This document shows positions 11,596 to 25,260 of a stretch of DNA of 64,000 nt, piece after piece. The position numbers and the translations under genes were made by a program. How positions within the stretch are numbered: position 1 is the stretch's first letter; every line of letters begins with the position of its first letter. The notes beneath the pieces are model-generated. The model saw nothing but the letters and a program-made list of their open reading frames with translations, was not told the DNA's origin and ran no database searches. The DNA is from Camelus ferus (taxonomy: Eukaryota), in the NCBI RefSeq assembly GCF_009834535.1, contig NC_045716.1, positions 28,520,001 to 28,584,000 of the forward strand, read 5' to 3'.

Positions 11596-13364
11596 CCCGC
11601 ATTTTGCGCTGAAGCCCTTTACCCCTTTACTAGTTATGACCCGCTGTACCCGAGTACTGTCAAAGTAGCCCTGCCGGCCAGAAAGTCAGGGCTGGCTGGG
11701 GGGCTCTGACAGTTGGAAAGCGTGATGAGTGTGTTTAAAATCCAGCAGTTAATGGGGTTAGGTATTTATCTGCCATCTACTGTGTTAGGTAATTCAGAGA
11801 ACCCAGGATGATTATAAAATCAGCACCGCTGTGACCTAGAGGGAAGTAGATGGAAAAGCGAGTCACTAGGAAGGGATTCTTGGCCCGTCTCCCACGCACC
11901 ATATGTGCTTCCGCACGGCCCTGCGTCGACTCAGCCCTGTTTCAGAGGAGGGCCCTGGAGTGCCAGCGGGAACTCTGCAGGGGCTCGAGGGGCAGAGCGG
12001 GCACAGAGACAGATGCAGCTCCCTGGAGGCCGGCTTCAGACCTCACGTTTCTCCCCGTGTCCATTCGCTTTGTGCAAAAATCTGACGTGAGGTGAAACCT
12101 CAGGGAGATGTCGCCCTGTGCTGCTGAACCCACAGGCCTCCCGCGTCCTGAGCTGTGACCGAGAGAGGGCGGGGGTGGCTCCGTGCTTGTGGAAAACGCT
12201 GGCAGGGCTTCCTGCCCCACCGAGCATGGGTGAGAACGGGGCTCCCTGACCACCCAGGGCTCCTGCAGGTTTGTCCCCGCCAGCGGGCAGCCGTCCAGAC
12301 TCGGAAATACCAGCTGTTGGTCGACCCCTGCATCTTCCTGGCATCTCATCCGAGGAGAGAGTCTTTCTGGACCCGGGGCTCTGCGTAGGCTGAAGAGACG
12401 CCCGAAGCACGGCTGCTTGTTCCCCCTGCGCTTGCGGCTGGGAGCCGGGTGTGTTTGTTGCCACTTCGTCTGTTGGGATTCTGCCCCTTGGGTTTCGTGT
12501 CCCGCGACGTGCGCTGTGGCTGTGAACGTGACCCCAAGAGGGGAACTTGCCAGGCCCCAGGGACGAGTCTTCTTTCACGGCTCTGATTTCTGGGGACGCT
12601 GGCCTGGTTTGCAAGTGTGCAGAGGCCCTGGAAGCCGGCAGGGCTGGTGTGGTCCTGTGGTTCCATCTCTAAAGTCAGCAAGTCTTCAACCCCAAGCACA
12701 GGTGGACTTCAGGTGCTAAATGTGTCCCCTCGGAGCCTCTGGGGCTGCCAGTTTGGGCGGCCTCCCCTCCCCTCGGCCGGGCCTCTCCCTTCCTCGGGTG
12801 GTGACAGGAGGAGGCAGGTGGCCCCTCCGAGTCAGATGCAAATCCAACTCTGTTCTCCCCGCAAGGGGCCCGAGTTCTTCCCTGTCGAGGCTGCTGGTGT
12901 CGCCTCTGCCTTCCCCTCTGGGCCCAGCTTGAGAACTTAAATGCTGGGCGCCCTCCACCTGGTCTGGGGAGCTGGTCCTCCTCCCCAAGGCCCCCACTAC
13001 GCACGCCAGGTGGGCCCTTGTGGATGGGGGTGTGGGGGACATGCCCTCACCCCAGGGGAGCTGTGGACTCACCCCCTCGGTCTGGTGTCGAGGGGTGGGC
13101 ACCACCCTCAGGAGGCAGAGGGGCTCTGGGGGTGGGCGGCACAGCTCTGAGCTCCGGGACTCAGGCCTGTTCCTGAGGGACCAACTGCTGTGTCTCCTGC
13201 CCGCCAGACCGTCGCTGTGTCCATCCTCACGAGAGCACTCTTGACCTCCTGTTATGGACACAGACGCTGGACCCCAGGGCGGCTGAGACGCTTGCCAGGG
13301 CCGCCTGCCCGGAAGCCCTGAGCCTGTGCCCGGGACGCTCCGTCTGCCTCCCAGATGCTCTCTT

Positions 13365-13570
13365 TAAAAAACAAAACTGGTTTCCTGGGGTGTAACTCAC
13401 AGACTGGACAGTTCGCTCATTTAAAGGGGGCATTTGCACAGTTTTAGTCCATTTGCATGTGGGTGCCGCCCTCGTGCTGTTGGCTTTGCACATCTCATCA
13501 CCCCACACGGAAGCCCCTTCCCCTTAGCAGCCACCCCACCCCCAGCCCCGTAGCCCCAGCCTCTCTCTCG
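13365..13570 (-). mobile_element. L1MB-type 3' end, GC-shifted
   Basis: catctcatcaccccacacggaagccccttccccttagcagccaccccacccccagccccg matches the antisense L1MB tail. Confidence 0.65.
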
Positions 13571-15877
13571 TTAAAAAATCCTTCGAATAAGCCCAGAGGC
13601 TGCGGACCCCGGCGGCCTTCAGCCCCGGTCATTCTGCTTCCGCATTGACGGGAGGGGGCCAGGGTGGTTTCCCGCCGGGGGGCACACCACTTGGACAGAA
13701 GGAGGGGTTTTGACCGTTGCAAGTACAAAAGGCATTTCCAGGGGATCCTGGGGAACGTTTTTAAAACAGCAGATGAGGTGTGTATTTGAAGTAAGTATGT
13801 GTCATTTCAGACAGACAGAGGGTCAGGGGCCTGAAGGAGTCCGAAGCCCTAGCCAGGATTTCAGTGATTGACTGATGGTGTCTGCCGTGGGCTGGGGGCG
13901 GGGTGACAGGAGCACGCTGTGTGGTGGTTGCCGGGGAGAAGTCACTGGATCCTGGCACCAGGGCCCGGCACACTCGGGAGGCAAGTACTCACACCAGCCA
14001 TGTGTGGACGGAAGGACACGTCCTCAGGCCTGGCTGAGCGCTGACCAGGCCAAGTTTCAGGCAGGCGGGGCTTGGGCCCAGGCCCAGCAGGCTGATTTCA
14101 GGGAGGCCATGAGGAAAGCAGCTCCCAGGTCAGCCACCTCTGAGTAATCGAGGATTTAATAACCAGAATCTCTTGCCTGGCCACATCCACCAGCATTTGG
14201 GCCAGCACAATGCGCTTCCTCCCTGGCCGATGGGTCCCCACGGAGGAGCGGCGTGGAGTGGCGCCAGCCTCCCACCCCTACCCCCACCTCTGAAGCCAGC
14301 GCATCGCAGAGGAATGACAAACCCGCCCCTTCGTCCTTTCCTGCCACCCTCCACACCCCCGTAATTAGCAGCCGGTCCTTGGCAGATGGCGCCCAAGGAA
14401 TTTTCCTCCATTGCGGGGGGTGGGGAGCGAGTACAGTCAACTCCCCAGACTTGTCTGGGGAGAAAGGGCCCCGCTTGCCTTCATGGGGGAGTCAGGTGCC
14501 TGGACACCCGCTGTGGGGTTCTGCGTCTTCTCTCAATGTACTGTGTTCATTCATCTCCTTTATTGGCCTGCGACCTCCTGCCTAATTCATCTCTCTAGGT
14601 CAGGTGTTCCCTTAAGGAGTGACCCAGAGAGCAGACGTGGCCAGAGAGGGGAGTACACAGTCAGGCTGTCCCTTTCTGGGTTGACCAGGATGTGATCCTG
14701 GGGTGTCACCCACCATCTCTGCCTCCACCACGGGTTCATCGTCGACTCTGCCATAGTGGGTGGGCGGCAGGCAGGGCTGGCCTGAGGCTTCTCCTCATCT
14801 GCTTGAATGACTCCCCTGCTGCCCGGGGAAGGCATAGAGGGGTCACAGCCATTTCTGAAGCGACTCGGCTGTGTCACCCTCCCTCACCTGCACATCAAAT
14901 CACGCCCCACCCCACTTTGTGTCTATAAATGACAACAATCCCCGCTGACCTCAGGGTTTCTGTGGGTCAGGGGTTTGGGTGTGGGGCTGGAGGACTCATT
15001 CAGAGGTGGCCTGAATGCCGCGGCTCTGGCCTGGGCCTCAGTGCCTCTTCCCGGGCGCCCAGCGCTTTGTGTTGCGGCCTCAGCAGCTGAACGCATGGCC
15101 TCGCTGTGACGTGGGCCCTGGCGTGGTGTGGAGGGGGGTACTCCGGAGCGCGGCCACAGGGTCTCCGAGTCACGGGGAGCCCCTTGGGCGCCCCTCCCAG
15201 AGAGGGCGACCCCTGGGCCCAAGCCCGTCTGGGTAGCGCAGCACCCACGTGTCTACTCTCGGGAAGTCTTCCCTGAAGACAGGACACCTGACCCTGTGTG
15301 CAGGGTCTCCGTGCAGTGGGGGAGAGGGGAGAGCAGCCCGAGACCTCTCAGCCCACGTCCCCATGAAAACCCCGGCTTCACTGACCTGTCGCCTCGCTCA
15401 GGACAGCCGTGTCCGCACTCCAGAGCCCGGGATACTGAGGCCTCCCTGCCCCACGTGCCTCGCTCACTTGAGAATGTGCCCCTGTGAGCATCTCTAAGGA
15501 AGCTCACACCTCTGTCTCCACGTGTGTCCCGGGGACCCGGCCAGGACAAGGCCGCTGACGTTGGCTGGCGTGGGTGTTGTGCCCACATCCCTCCCCCCAG
15601 GACAGGGGTGCATCCGGTAGTTCACATCTTATCCACAGACACCTGGTGCAGGTGAACACGTGACCCGAGAGGTGGCCGCCCACGTGGGGCAGTAAAGCAG
15701 TGTCCCTGGCCCACACAGCGCAAAGCCTAAGTCCCCTGTTGACAGTCCCGCTTCGTCCTCACTGCTCATCTATGAAACGCAAGCCCTCTGAGGGAGAACC
15801 CATACGGGGCACTGACAGTTGACGGTGGGGAGTGGCTTTCCGAGGATGTCCAAGTCCAGCCCCGTCTGGAATCACCC

Positions 15878-16041
15878 ATGGCGACCCTCTCAGCTCCAGC
15901 ACATCAGACCCCCTAGAGGGCTGGCGGAGGACAGTGCTAGGTGCCTGATTCAGCAGGCCTGGGCCGGCCCGGGAACCTGCATTTCCTTACGTTCCCAGTG
16001 GTGCCGACAGTGCTGGTCTGGGGTCCACTCGGGAGAGCCCC
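15878..16041 (+). mobile_element. MER5A-like hAT-Charlie MITE
   Basis: ctgattcagcaggcctgggccggcccgggaacctgcatttccttacgttcccagtggtgccgacagtgctggtctggggtccac matches the MER5A right half. Confidence 0.7.
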
Positions 16042-16689
16042 CACCCTGGCTCATGGTGCCCCCTGGAGCCCTCGCCCTCGGTTCTGGGAGAGGCTGCTCC
16101 AGGAGTCACCGGTGTCCCCAGCTGGTTCTGACACAGGTCGCATTAGAATTAGGTTCTCTTTGCAAAAGAGCATTTTCCTCACTCCACCTTTCCCTTCAAT
16201 ACTATTAAGAGTACAGTTCTTACTTAAAAGTGCAAAGCAGCCTATGGTATATGCAGAGGATCTCAAAGTGGGGTCCCCCGGCCACCAGCTGCAGCAGTGT
16301 CTCCCGGGAGACACGGGTTCTTGGGCCCTGCCTCACCCTCCTCTCTGGGCGTGGCCAGGTGGGGCTGGTCAGGGGCTGCTGCAGCCCAGGTGTGCGGCCA
16401 CTCTTCCAAGATGTTTCCTCCCCATGCCTGCCACGTGCAGCCCCCAGGACCAGCTACCCTGCTGGGAGAGGCTTTTCCTGTGTTTGAGAATGTGCTGTGG
16501 GAAGGGGCCAGCGTGAGGGGCAGGGACGCTAGTCCAAAGGAGGGCCACCCTGGAGGCCACTTACTACGTGGTAAGCACTGGAGGCCAAGGACACTGAGGT
16601 CACATCTACCAGGACCTTTGGGAAGCTTTTGAGACACTGAGGGCCAGGGATTTGCCCACGTGAATGTGGATCATAGGAAATGCTTATTT

Positions 16690-18125
16690 TTAAAAAAGAG
16701 AAAATAAAAACCCAGCATGTATTTCTGTAGACATTGACAAATTTAGTTTAAATTTATACGCAAAGGCAAAGAACCTAGGTTTTTTTAAGGGGAAGAATCA
16801 CTCTGCGTGATGCTGGTGCTTACCTGCAGAGCTGCAGGGGTCAGGACGGAGGTGTCAGCGGGGAAGAGACAATGGAAGACAGGACAGACCAGGAGGCCCA
16901 GAAACAGACCTGCACAGACGTGCACAACTGATCAGTAATCAAGGTGCAGGGGCCACTCCTGGGGGGGCCACAGTGTGTTCAAGAGCTGCTGCAGCTGGAT
17001 GTCCCGCCTCTCTGCTCCTCAGAGTAAGCAAAAGTGGACCCGAATGGAAAATGGAAAACGACAAAACTTTAGAAAAAGAATCAGGAGAAAATCTTCAGGA
17101 TCTAGGCCAGGTGAGGAGCGTGCAGACTTGACCCTCGAGGCACAGCCCTCGAAGGGTCATCGTAAGTGTCTGGATGGCATAAAGGGGACTTGATCAGAGT
17201 GAAAAGCTTCAGCTCACTGTCAGATGCTGTGAAGACTGTGGACAGACATGATCCAGGCTGGGAGAAGCTATTTGCAAACCACAGATCTGGACGAGGACTG
17301 GGGCCTAGAACATATAGAGGAGGCATAAAACTCAACAGTAAGAAACACCCGATTAGAAAATGGGCGAAGGACGTGGACCCACACTTCACCAGAGGGGGGA
17401 CACGGGTGGCAGATCAACGTGAAAAAAGCACAGAATCATCTGTTGTTAGAGAAATGCAAATTAAAGCCACAATGGGACCCCACCACACACCCGCCAAGGT
17501 GGCTACAATAAACAAACAAACAAACAAAAACCCAGTGATCACCGCAAGCGCTGGGAGGATGCCACAAAACGGGGTCTCATCTGTAGCTGGCGGGGCGCAA
17601 CACGGTGCAGCCGTTGGAGAAAGTTTGGTGCTTTCTTCAGAAACTTAACGTGCCGCCAGCAGCGTCACTCTGAGGGCGTTTATCCCAGAGAATCGAAGAC
17701 CAGTCTTCACACGAGGATGGTACACGAATCTTCACAGCAGCTGTATTTCTAACAGCCCCGATCTGGAAGCCACTCTGACGTCTTTCACCACCGTGGAAAA
17801 CTGCTCACAGTAAAAAGAAATGAACTCTGAGCAGAGAGCAGATCACACACGAGCACACGTGTGCACACACATGAGCGCACACGTACACACATGCGCGCAC
17901 ACACACGTGCACACACGAGCACATGTGTGCTTGTTGAGCTGGTGGAATCTGGCTGCACCCATGCGGACCCCCTGGTTTTGCGGTGCTGGCGCTGCCCACG
18001 TCTGTGCAGGGTGTGTATGCGAGGGGACAGGAGCGGGGAAAGGGTGTTCAGGCCCCTCCTGCACATTTCTTTTCAATTTCTTATGAATTAATCATTATTT
18101 AAAAATCGAACGTTTAAAAAAGGGG
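16690..18125 (+). mobile_element. Old L1M ORF2 3' part and 3' end, sense
   Basis: ORF 17166..17648 gives WEKLFANHRSGRGL...HPIRKWAKDVDPHFT...VVREMQIKAT, homologous to L1 ORF2 WEKIFANHISDKGL...PIKKWAKDLNRHF...IREMQIKTT. Confidence 0.9.
17845..17930. repeat. Imperfect (CA/CG/TG) microsatellite inside the L1 3' UTR
   Basis: cacacacgagcacacgtgtgcacacacatgagcgcacacgtacacacatgcgcgcacacacacgtgcac. Confidence 0.85.
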
Positions 18126-21100
18126 TGAAACCAAAGAAAAGGCACCGTGAATTCTTCTTTTGTCCCTTTCATCTCTAACTTGGAGAAGTGACTAAGACCT
18201 TACCATCAGTGTCTGAGTCATGAAGGGTCTCTGGGGAGCACGGGGCCTCTGAGGCTCAGGGCTGATCAGACCAGGGCTCCAAGTTTGTTCCCAGACTCCG
18301 GAAGATGGGACTTCCCCGGGAAGGTCTTGACCCTGCCCAGCTCGAGGCGGACCAGTGACCCTGAGCCTCAGTGACAGATCAGTCACTTACTAAGTTGTCA
18401 CATGGCCTGGAAGGGGGAGCGTTTGGAAGGCTGTGTAGGTTTTGTGATGTTAGTGGGTGTTCCCATCAGTGGTGCACACTCAGCGCCCTTTTAGCAGCTG
18501 GCTGGCCCTGCCTCCATCTCTACGTTAGAAAGCCTCCTTAGAGCTTTTGAAGGTGGTTTCTTCCAGGTGGGGCCTCTCTGGGATCCTGGACAGGGCTTTG
18601 GAGCCTTTGGGCTTTGTTCCAGGGCCCTTCGCAGCACGGCCCAGAGTGGGGAAGGCCTTTGGGCAGGGGCCTCGTGTCAGCGCCTTAGGAACGGACAGCA
18701 AGGAAGCCCTGTGTCGGGCATTCAGGGCAGAGGGCCTGCTGTGGGGCCGATAACGGGTATAGGAGCAGAGCCCCTGCTGGGCTGACTCTCTGCTGAATCC
18801 CTGTGTGAGCCGAGCGTGCACCTCCCCGTCTGGAGAGTGAGCAGTAAGTGGATGCAGCTGATCTGCTCGATACCCACGCACCAGACAGGTTCATTTTCCT
18901 TTTCTTCTGGACTGAGGGGGCTGTTCTGGGCTTGGGTCCATGCCCGGCCTCTTCCTGGCAGTCAGACCCTGGTGGGAAAGGACCATCTTAAAAAGAAGAT
19001 AAACTCTGGACTGTAACCAATTCAACATGCCCACATGTCAGAGGTTTTATTTAACTCATTAGCTAGTGAGGGAGCCAGGGAGACACTGCCCGTGTTTCGA
19101 GGGAGGTTTCAGAGACTCATACAGGCAGGCGAGGAGCGTGGGCGAAGTTACAGACCTGCTGGGCTGCCCCGCTGCCCCGCTGCCCCGCCGCTGCCCTCTG
19201 CTGGGTGATGCACCTGCACTTCTGTGGACCAGAGTCCCTGGCTCCGTGGTCACTCCCCTGAGGACCCCAAGCTGGCAGCATCTCTGAGAGACAAGACGGT
19301 GAGGGCGGAGCTGAAGGGGGGACCTTCTCCACATCAGCATCTTGGCAGGTTTAATGGTAATGACGTTTCTCCAGTTCTTGGGTTGTCCTGAGAGTGAAGG
19401 AAGAGAGCGGCGGAAGCAGGGCTTTGCAGAGGCATATGTGCGTCGGGCTTGTGGGCCGCGGGCGGGCTCTGGCCATGGCAGCTCTTGGCGTGGCTGAAAT
19501 CTGCTTAAAACTCACCGCCCCATCTCCTGTGTTCCTCCCCTCATCCCTCTCAGGCTCCTCCTTCAGAAGCAGCGCCCTTGGCCCAGAACCCTGGCGTGTG
19601 GGTGGGCCCCACAGTGCATTTATCGCTATTAAGTGTAACGAGGACCCTTCTCTGGGGCTGCTGGGAGTGACAGTATCTTTCCTGGTCCCTGGTGCCCCTT
19701 CCAAGCCAAAGCAACCAAAAACCCATGTTATTAGCAGAGCCTCTCCCTCCATGTGTGCAGAGATGAATAAGGCCGTGGCCAAGGCAGAGGCTCGGGTGTG
19801 AGTTCCACTGCGGGTGGAGGCGCGGAGATGGGGACGCAGGTGTGGGAAGCTGTCCCCTGGCCTCCGCCTCCAGGAGAGATGCTGGCCGGCCCACAGGCCT
19901 GGAAGCTGCTGTGAATGTTCTGTTCCCCGCATCTCCCCAGAGGTGGGGAGCGCTTTGAAAGGAGGCTTTGCCCGACTCCCCCAGACCCTGGCCCTTGTTA
20001 ACTGGGAAATGTCAGGGTAGCTGGGGGTGAGTAAAGGCACTTGGATGCCTGCAGCTTGTTCTGACACTGCTTGTGAGGGGACGGGAGGAGCAGTGGGACT
20101 AGGATTTGCCAAAGTGCAGCCCGGCTTGGAGAGCCCAGCGTGGGTTTGCCTGTCCTGACCAAGTCGCTTGCAGTTTGGGAAGCAGTCCCTTCTGGGGAGG
20201 CTGCGCCCAGTGATGGGGGGCCTGGATCTGGGGCCGACAGAGCTGAGAAGCCCCCAATGTCTGCACGGGGTTCTGGAGGGAGCCCCCAGCCAAGCTGGCT
20301 CCCCATGGGTCGAGGGGGCATCTGCCCCCACTTCCTCCAGAGAGTGCTGGGTTGGCCCTGACTGTTTCTGAGGCCGTGAGCAACCTTCGAGGGTATGGGG
20401 GACACGTCCCTTTCTCGGTGGTGCCTCCAGACACGCACTCTCTCTGGGGTTCGTGGAGGCGGTTGAGGCCTCTTCCTCCTGCCTTGTGCTGGTCACAGGA
20501 ACAGCAGATGATGAATTAATCTGTGCCTCTGAGCTTTGTTTCCCTTTCTCAGGGTGATGTCACCGGCCCTTTCTGGAGGCATTATGAGCTGCAGTGCTGG
20601 GACAGGAAGCCCAGGGGCTCCCCAGAACCACAGGCAGCTGGAGGAGGCGGTTGGATGTTAGTTATTTGTGTCACCTGGATGCTCATCAGTGGCAGGAGCA
20701 GGGGCTGGAGGCTGGGCATCCCCAAGCCCGAGCCCCAGATCTGGCGGCAGAGTGGAGGCAGGAGCCAGTTCAGGGGGAGGCGTCACCCAGCGTCCACTGA
20801 GCGCTCAGCCGGGCTGGCCGTGCTGGCGGCGTCTGACCCACCAGAGAGCCTGAGTCACCGCGGGTCCGGGAGGACCCCGCGGGCGAGGATGGATGGTTCC
20901 CATGTGCCCTCTCTGCTTGGCTCCTGGCAGGCAGAAGGCATGGAGCAGTGGAGCAGGAGGATGGATGCTCTGCAGGGTCTCATGGGCTCCAGTGGGGAGG
21001 GCGGTCTTGTCCAGGGTGACAGGGGCCAGGTCTGTCTTCCATGGCAACCATGTGGTCTCAGCCTGGGTCAGAGCTTGGTGTGGCCTTTCTTGGACCCCAG

Positions 21101-22439
21101 ACACGGGGGTTCACCATTGGAGGTTCTGGAAAAGCCTTGTGGTAAGGAGTCATGTCCCCTCCTCCGTCCATGTGCCGTGTGCCACACACGGGTCTGTGCC
21201 AAGTCTCATCCTCACTGGGACCCGCTTCCACGTCAGAACCCTCCAAGAGGTGAACCGTATTCCAAAGATTTTTTAAAAGGGCAAACTCAGAAAATTTAAG
21301 AGATTTGTCCAAAGTCAGACGAGAACTAGAAATGAAGCTGATGCAGCCAAAGCCACATCACGGGCTGGAAATTTCAAAATGACTGATTATGGACCATTGG
21401 ATGGGCAAAGGTGCCTAACGCTCAGAATGACATTGTCAGCAGAGAAATGAAACCACCCTTGAGAAAAAGACGCCGCACGGCCCTCGGAGTCTGGCTGCGA
21501 GACCGTGATGCTGGCTTGCCTGCTGCAAGCTGGCCGCGGGCCAGTGTGAGAGTGAGTAGGTGAAATTCCAAAAATATTTAAGCATATCTATACTTTCTCC
21601 CAATGACCTAAGAATAATACATCATTTTGTCTGCTATTCAGTAACCTTTAAGTCTTGCCTTCCCAATCCCTAATTGGCAAAGCTGTTGCAACACCGAACT
21701 GCATAGTTCTGATGTAACTATGTAAATATTAACATGCTCCGTCCCAGTTTTGGTCAAGTTGACTCTCTACCATTCGGGCTCTGTTTTGTCAAAGGGTGCC
21801 TCTTCTTTCTGATCCACTGGCCACTAGAGTAGAGTTCCTGTCGAAATGTGTAAAGAAAGACATGGTGGCTCTCAGACCCATGGAAGTGATTTCCCTCCCT
21901 TTTTTCAAAGTAAAACAAATAATATTAGTGAACACTCCACCCCCAGCCAGAGCAGTTAACCACGTTTTGCAATTTTGCTTCACCAATGCCTCCCTCCCAC
22001 ACCCATCCCACCGCTGCCACCCAAGCACTTAAAGCAAGTCTCCATCTGGATTGCCCGGTGGGTTGGGATGTTGGAGCCACATCGTCCACGGTAAAGCCCC
22101 GACTTGCCTTCTGCCCGGGGCCAAGGCTGCGCTGGGGCTGATGTCTGAGTCTGCCACTCTCTCCACGTTTCTTAGGGGTGGTTCTTTGTAGGGAAGGGCT
22201 TTCCTGATACAAAAAGACGGTGTTTGGGAAGTAAGGCAGGGAGGGGAGATGAAGCATTCATTCTGATGAACCAGCAACCTCCAGAAAGCCACACACCTGT
22301 TTTAGTGTTGTTATGATGCAAGGCTTGTGCCCACGTTTGTAGCTTGAATCTATTGCTGTCATTACGTTTTTGACTCTCACATTCTTCCATCGTTGGCCAG
22401 TGGGAACCACCCGAAGATGGTCCTGAGCCCTTTTAAATT

Positions 22440-25260
22440 CTAATTTTCTTTTGTTTTTTAGGTAACTTTTCATCATTTGAATGTTATGTGTTGAGTTTGG
22501 ACAAATTTATACACACCTGTAGCTAACATCATAATTGAGATCAATGGCTTCCATCAGCCCTGTCAGCCGCCCCATCTCACCTCCTTTCTCTAAACAGATC
22601 AGACACGTCTTTCCCAGATCTTCATATAAATGGGACCCTCCAGTGTGCACTTCTTGTGCACCCAGCTTCGTTCACGGCGTCCGTTCCCTCGGTGTAGTTT
22701 TGTGTGTTGGAGCCGTGTCCCTCCTCGGGGTCAGCAGTGGTCCGTCGTGTGGGTGGACGGCGCCTCGTCTGTGGTGGCGGCTTAGCTCTGGTTTGGGGCC
22801 ATGATGAGCTAAGCTGCCGTGAACATTCATGTACCCGTCTTTGTGCACATGTCATTGTCATCTTCTCATCTTCTGGTGAATTCCTGGGTGTGGACTGGCT
22901 GGGTCTTGGGTAAATGTGGGCTGGACTTTGTGAGCAGCTGCGGACGTGTTCCCAGTGGGGCTGCCTCTCGTGTCCGACCAGCAAGGTTCCCGAATGCCAG
23001 GTGTGCGGGCTGTGAGGGGGTGAACCGAGTGGGGAGCCCGAGGGTGGGGGCCTGGGCTGTGTGACCCTGGAACAGGGTGCCCCTCATGTGTTCACCCAGG
23101 AGCCTCATCGCCCCACCCTAGTCCTCACCAGCACTTGGTATTGTCAGCCCTTTTAAACTTGTTTTTAGAAATTCTAATAGGTAAGGGACGGGGTACGTCC
23201 TGTGGTTTTAAATTTTATTTTCCTAGGGACTAATGATTTTGAGCATCTTTTCATGGGACTATCTGCAATCTTTGATGAAGCGTCTACTTCAATCTTTCAC
23301 TCATTTTTTATTGGAGTGTTTTTCTTTTTATTGTTGAGTTCCGAGAGCTTTTCAATGTAGCCTGGACACAAGTCCTTTATGAGATATGTGTTTTGTGAAT
23401 ATTTTCCTCCCAGCTTGGCTTGCTTTTTCATTTTCTTAATAATGTCTTTTAAAGGATAGAAGTTTATGATATTTAACTTATCAATTTTTGTTACGATTCA
23501 TGCTTTTTTGTGTCTTCTCCAAGAACTATTTGTCCATCCCAAGGTCGTGAATAATTTTGCTTATGTTTTCATCCAGAAGTTTTATAAATTTAGCTTTTAT
23601 ATTTAGATCTGTGGCCCATTTCAAGGTAATTTTCATGTATGGTCTGGAATAAAGGTTGAGATTCATATTTTTTTATGTGGATGTGCAGTTTGTGTCAGCA
23701 GTATTTGCTGGAAAGACTGTTCTCCCCCCTGAAATGGTGCCTTGTTGGACATGAATTGGCTGCTTACGTGAGGGTCTCTTCCCGAGTCCTTCCCTTCGAC
23801 CTAGATGCCTGTCTCCGCGTGATCGGCATGCCGCTTTGATTACTGTGCCTTGAATTCCATGTTCTAAGTTTGTTCTGCTTGTCCAAAGTTATTTTGGCTA
23901 TTACAGGTCCTTTGTATTTCCAGATTTCCAGATAAGTTTTAGAATTGTCCTGTCAGTTTCTTCAAAAACAACCTACTTGTCCTTGACTGGGAGTGGGTTG
24001 AATCCATGAACCAATTTGGGAAGAGGTGCCCTCTTACTGTCTTGACTTTTCTATCCATAAACATAGTCTGCCTCTTTTTTTCACTTAGGTCTGTGTATAA
24101 CTTCTCCCAGTAATGCTTTGTAGTTTTCATTGTCAGGTCTAGAACACATTTTATTAGGTGTTTCTGTAAGCATTTTAAGATTCAACTGTAGGTGATGTTT
24201 AAGTTTTTTCTTCAATTTCCAATTGCTTGATGCTTATACAGAGAAATACAACAATGTTCAATACTGAGATTTATCCCGAGACCCAGCTCGGTCTCATTCT
24301 AGTTGCTTTTCTCTTTTTAATTCCTTGAGATTATCTAGGTAGAAATTCACATTGCCTGAGAATAGAAGCTTCACTTCTTCCTTTCCAACCTGCACTCCTC
24401 TGTTGTCTGTTCCTGCCCGTCTGCTCTGGCTAGGACCAGAACGGATGTGGAGAGTAGCCATCTTCACCTTGTACCTCGCATCGGGGGAAAAATTCCCCGT
24501 CCCACCACTGAGGCCTTTGTGTGCTCTAAGTTTTACATGGCTGCCCTTTATCGAATGGAGGAAGTTTTATTCTGTCTGTAATTGGTTTGGAGTTTTTATC
24601 ATAATTGGATGCTGAGTTTTGTCAAAAGCTTTTACTGCATCATTGGAGAGGATCTTTATTGTCTCCTTTCTTCTGCTTGCATGAGGGGTTTCACTGAATA
24701 ATTTTCAGGTGTTAAACCAACCTTGCATTCTTGGAGTGAACCCCACTTGGTAATAATATGTCGTCATTTTCATACGTTGCTGGAACTGATTTGCTCAAAT
24801 TTTGTTAAGGAATTTTGCATCTGTGTTCATGAGGGTTCTTGGTCTGTTGTTTCCTTGTAATGTCTTCATCTAATTTTGCTGTCAGAATAATAGGCCTCAT
24901 AATATGGATTTAAAAAGTTCCCTCACTCTATTTTCTGAATGAGTTTGTCTGATTTTGATGGTATTTGTTTCTTTATTTTCCTTGAGTGTCTGGTAGACTT
25001 CAGTAGGATCTGGGCAGAATGCAGTTGTTTCACCTGTTTTCAGTGGGTTTTTGTTTTTTTTTTTTTGGTGAGGGTGGGGGGCAGTTAGGTGTATTTATTT
25101 ATTTATTTTTGACAGAGGCACTGGGGTTGGAACCCAGGACCGCGTGCATGCTGAGCGTGCGCCCCACCCCTGAGCGTGTGCCCTCCCCCACCACGTTATC
25201 AGTGTTTTTGTGATAACTTTCTGTTTAGTCTTATTTAGTTAGCTGATTCTGATTTTTCCC
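22440..25260 (-). mobile_element. Long old L1M (3' UTR plus ORF2), antisense
   Basis: Continuous antisense L1 signatures: gaacattcatgtacccgtctttgtg, ctaatgattttgagcatcttttcatg, gttaaaccaaccttgcattcttggagtgaaccccacttgg, gaattttgcatctgtgttcatgaggg. Confidence 0.9.
25048..25189 (-). mobile_element. Camelid tRNA-derived SINE (Vic-1-like) nested in L1
   Basis: Reverse complement ggggagggcacacgctcaggggtggggcgcacgctcagcatgcacgcggtcctgggttccaaccccagtgcctc plus A tail. Degenerate TSD: cacctgttttcagtg / cacgttatcagtg. Confidence 0.85.

Noticed and set aside
19010-19400. Possible old LTR fragment (tgtaaccaattcaac...tttatttaactcattagctagtgaggg)
   Set aside because: Looks LTR-like but I cannot place the family or boundaries.
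19351-20496. 381-aa minus-strand ORF
   Set aside because: Low-complexity P/S/A/R/G composition, no recognisable domain, expected by chance at this GC content.
21700-21724. Hairpin tgcatagtt-ctgatgt-aactatgta
   Set aside because: Only a 9-bp stem with one G-U pair; too short for a pre-miRNA and plausible by chance.
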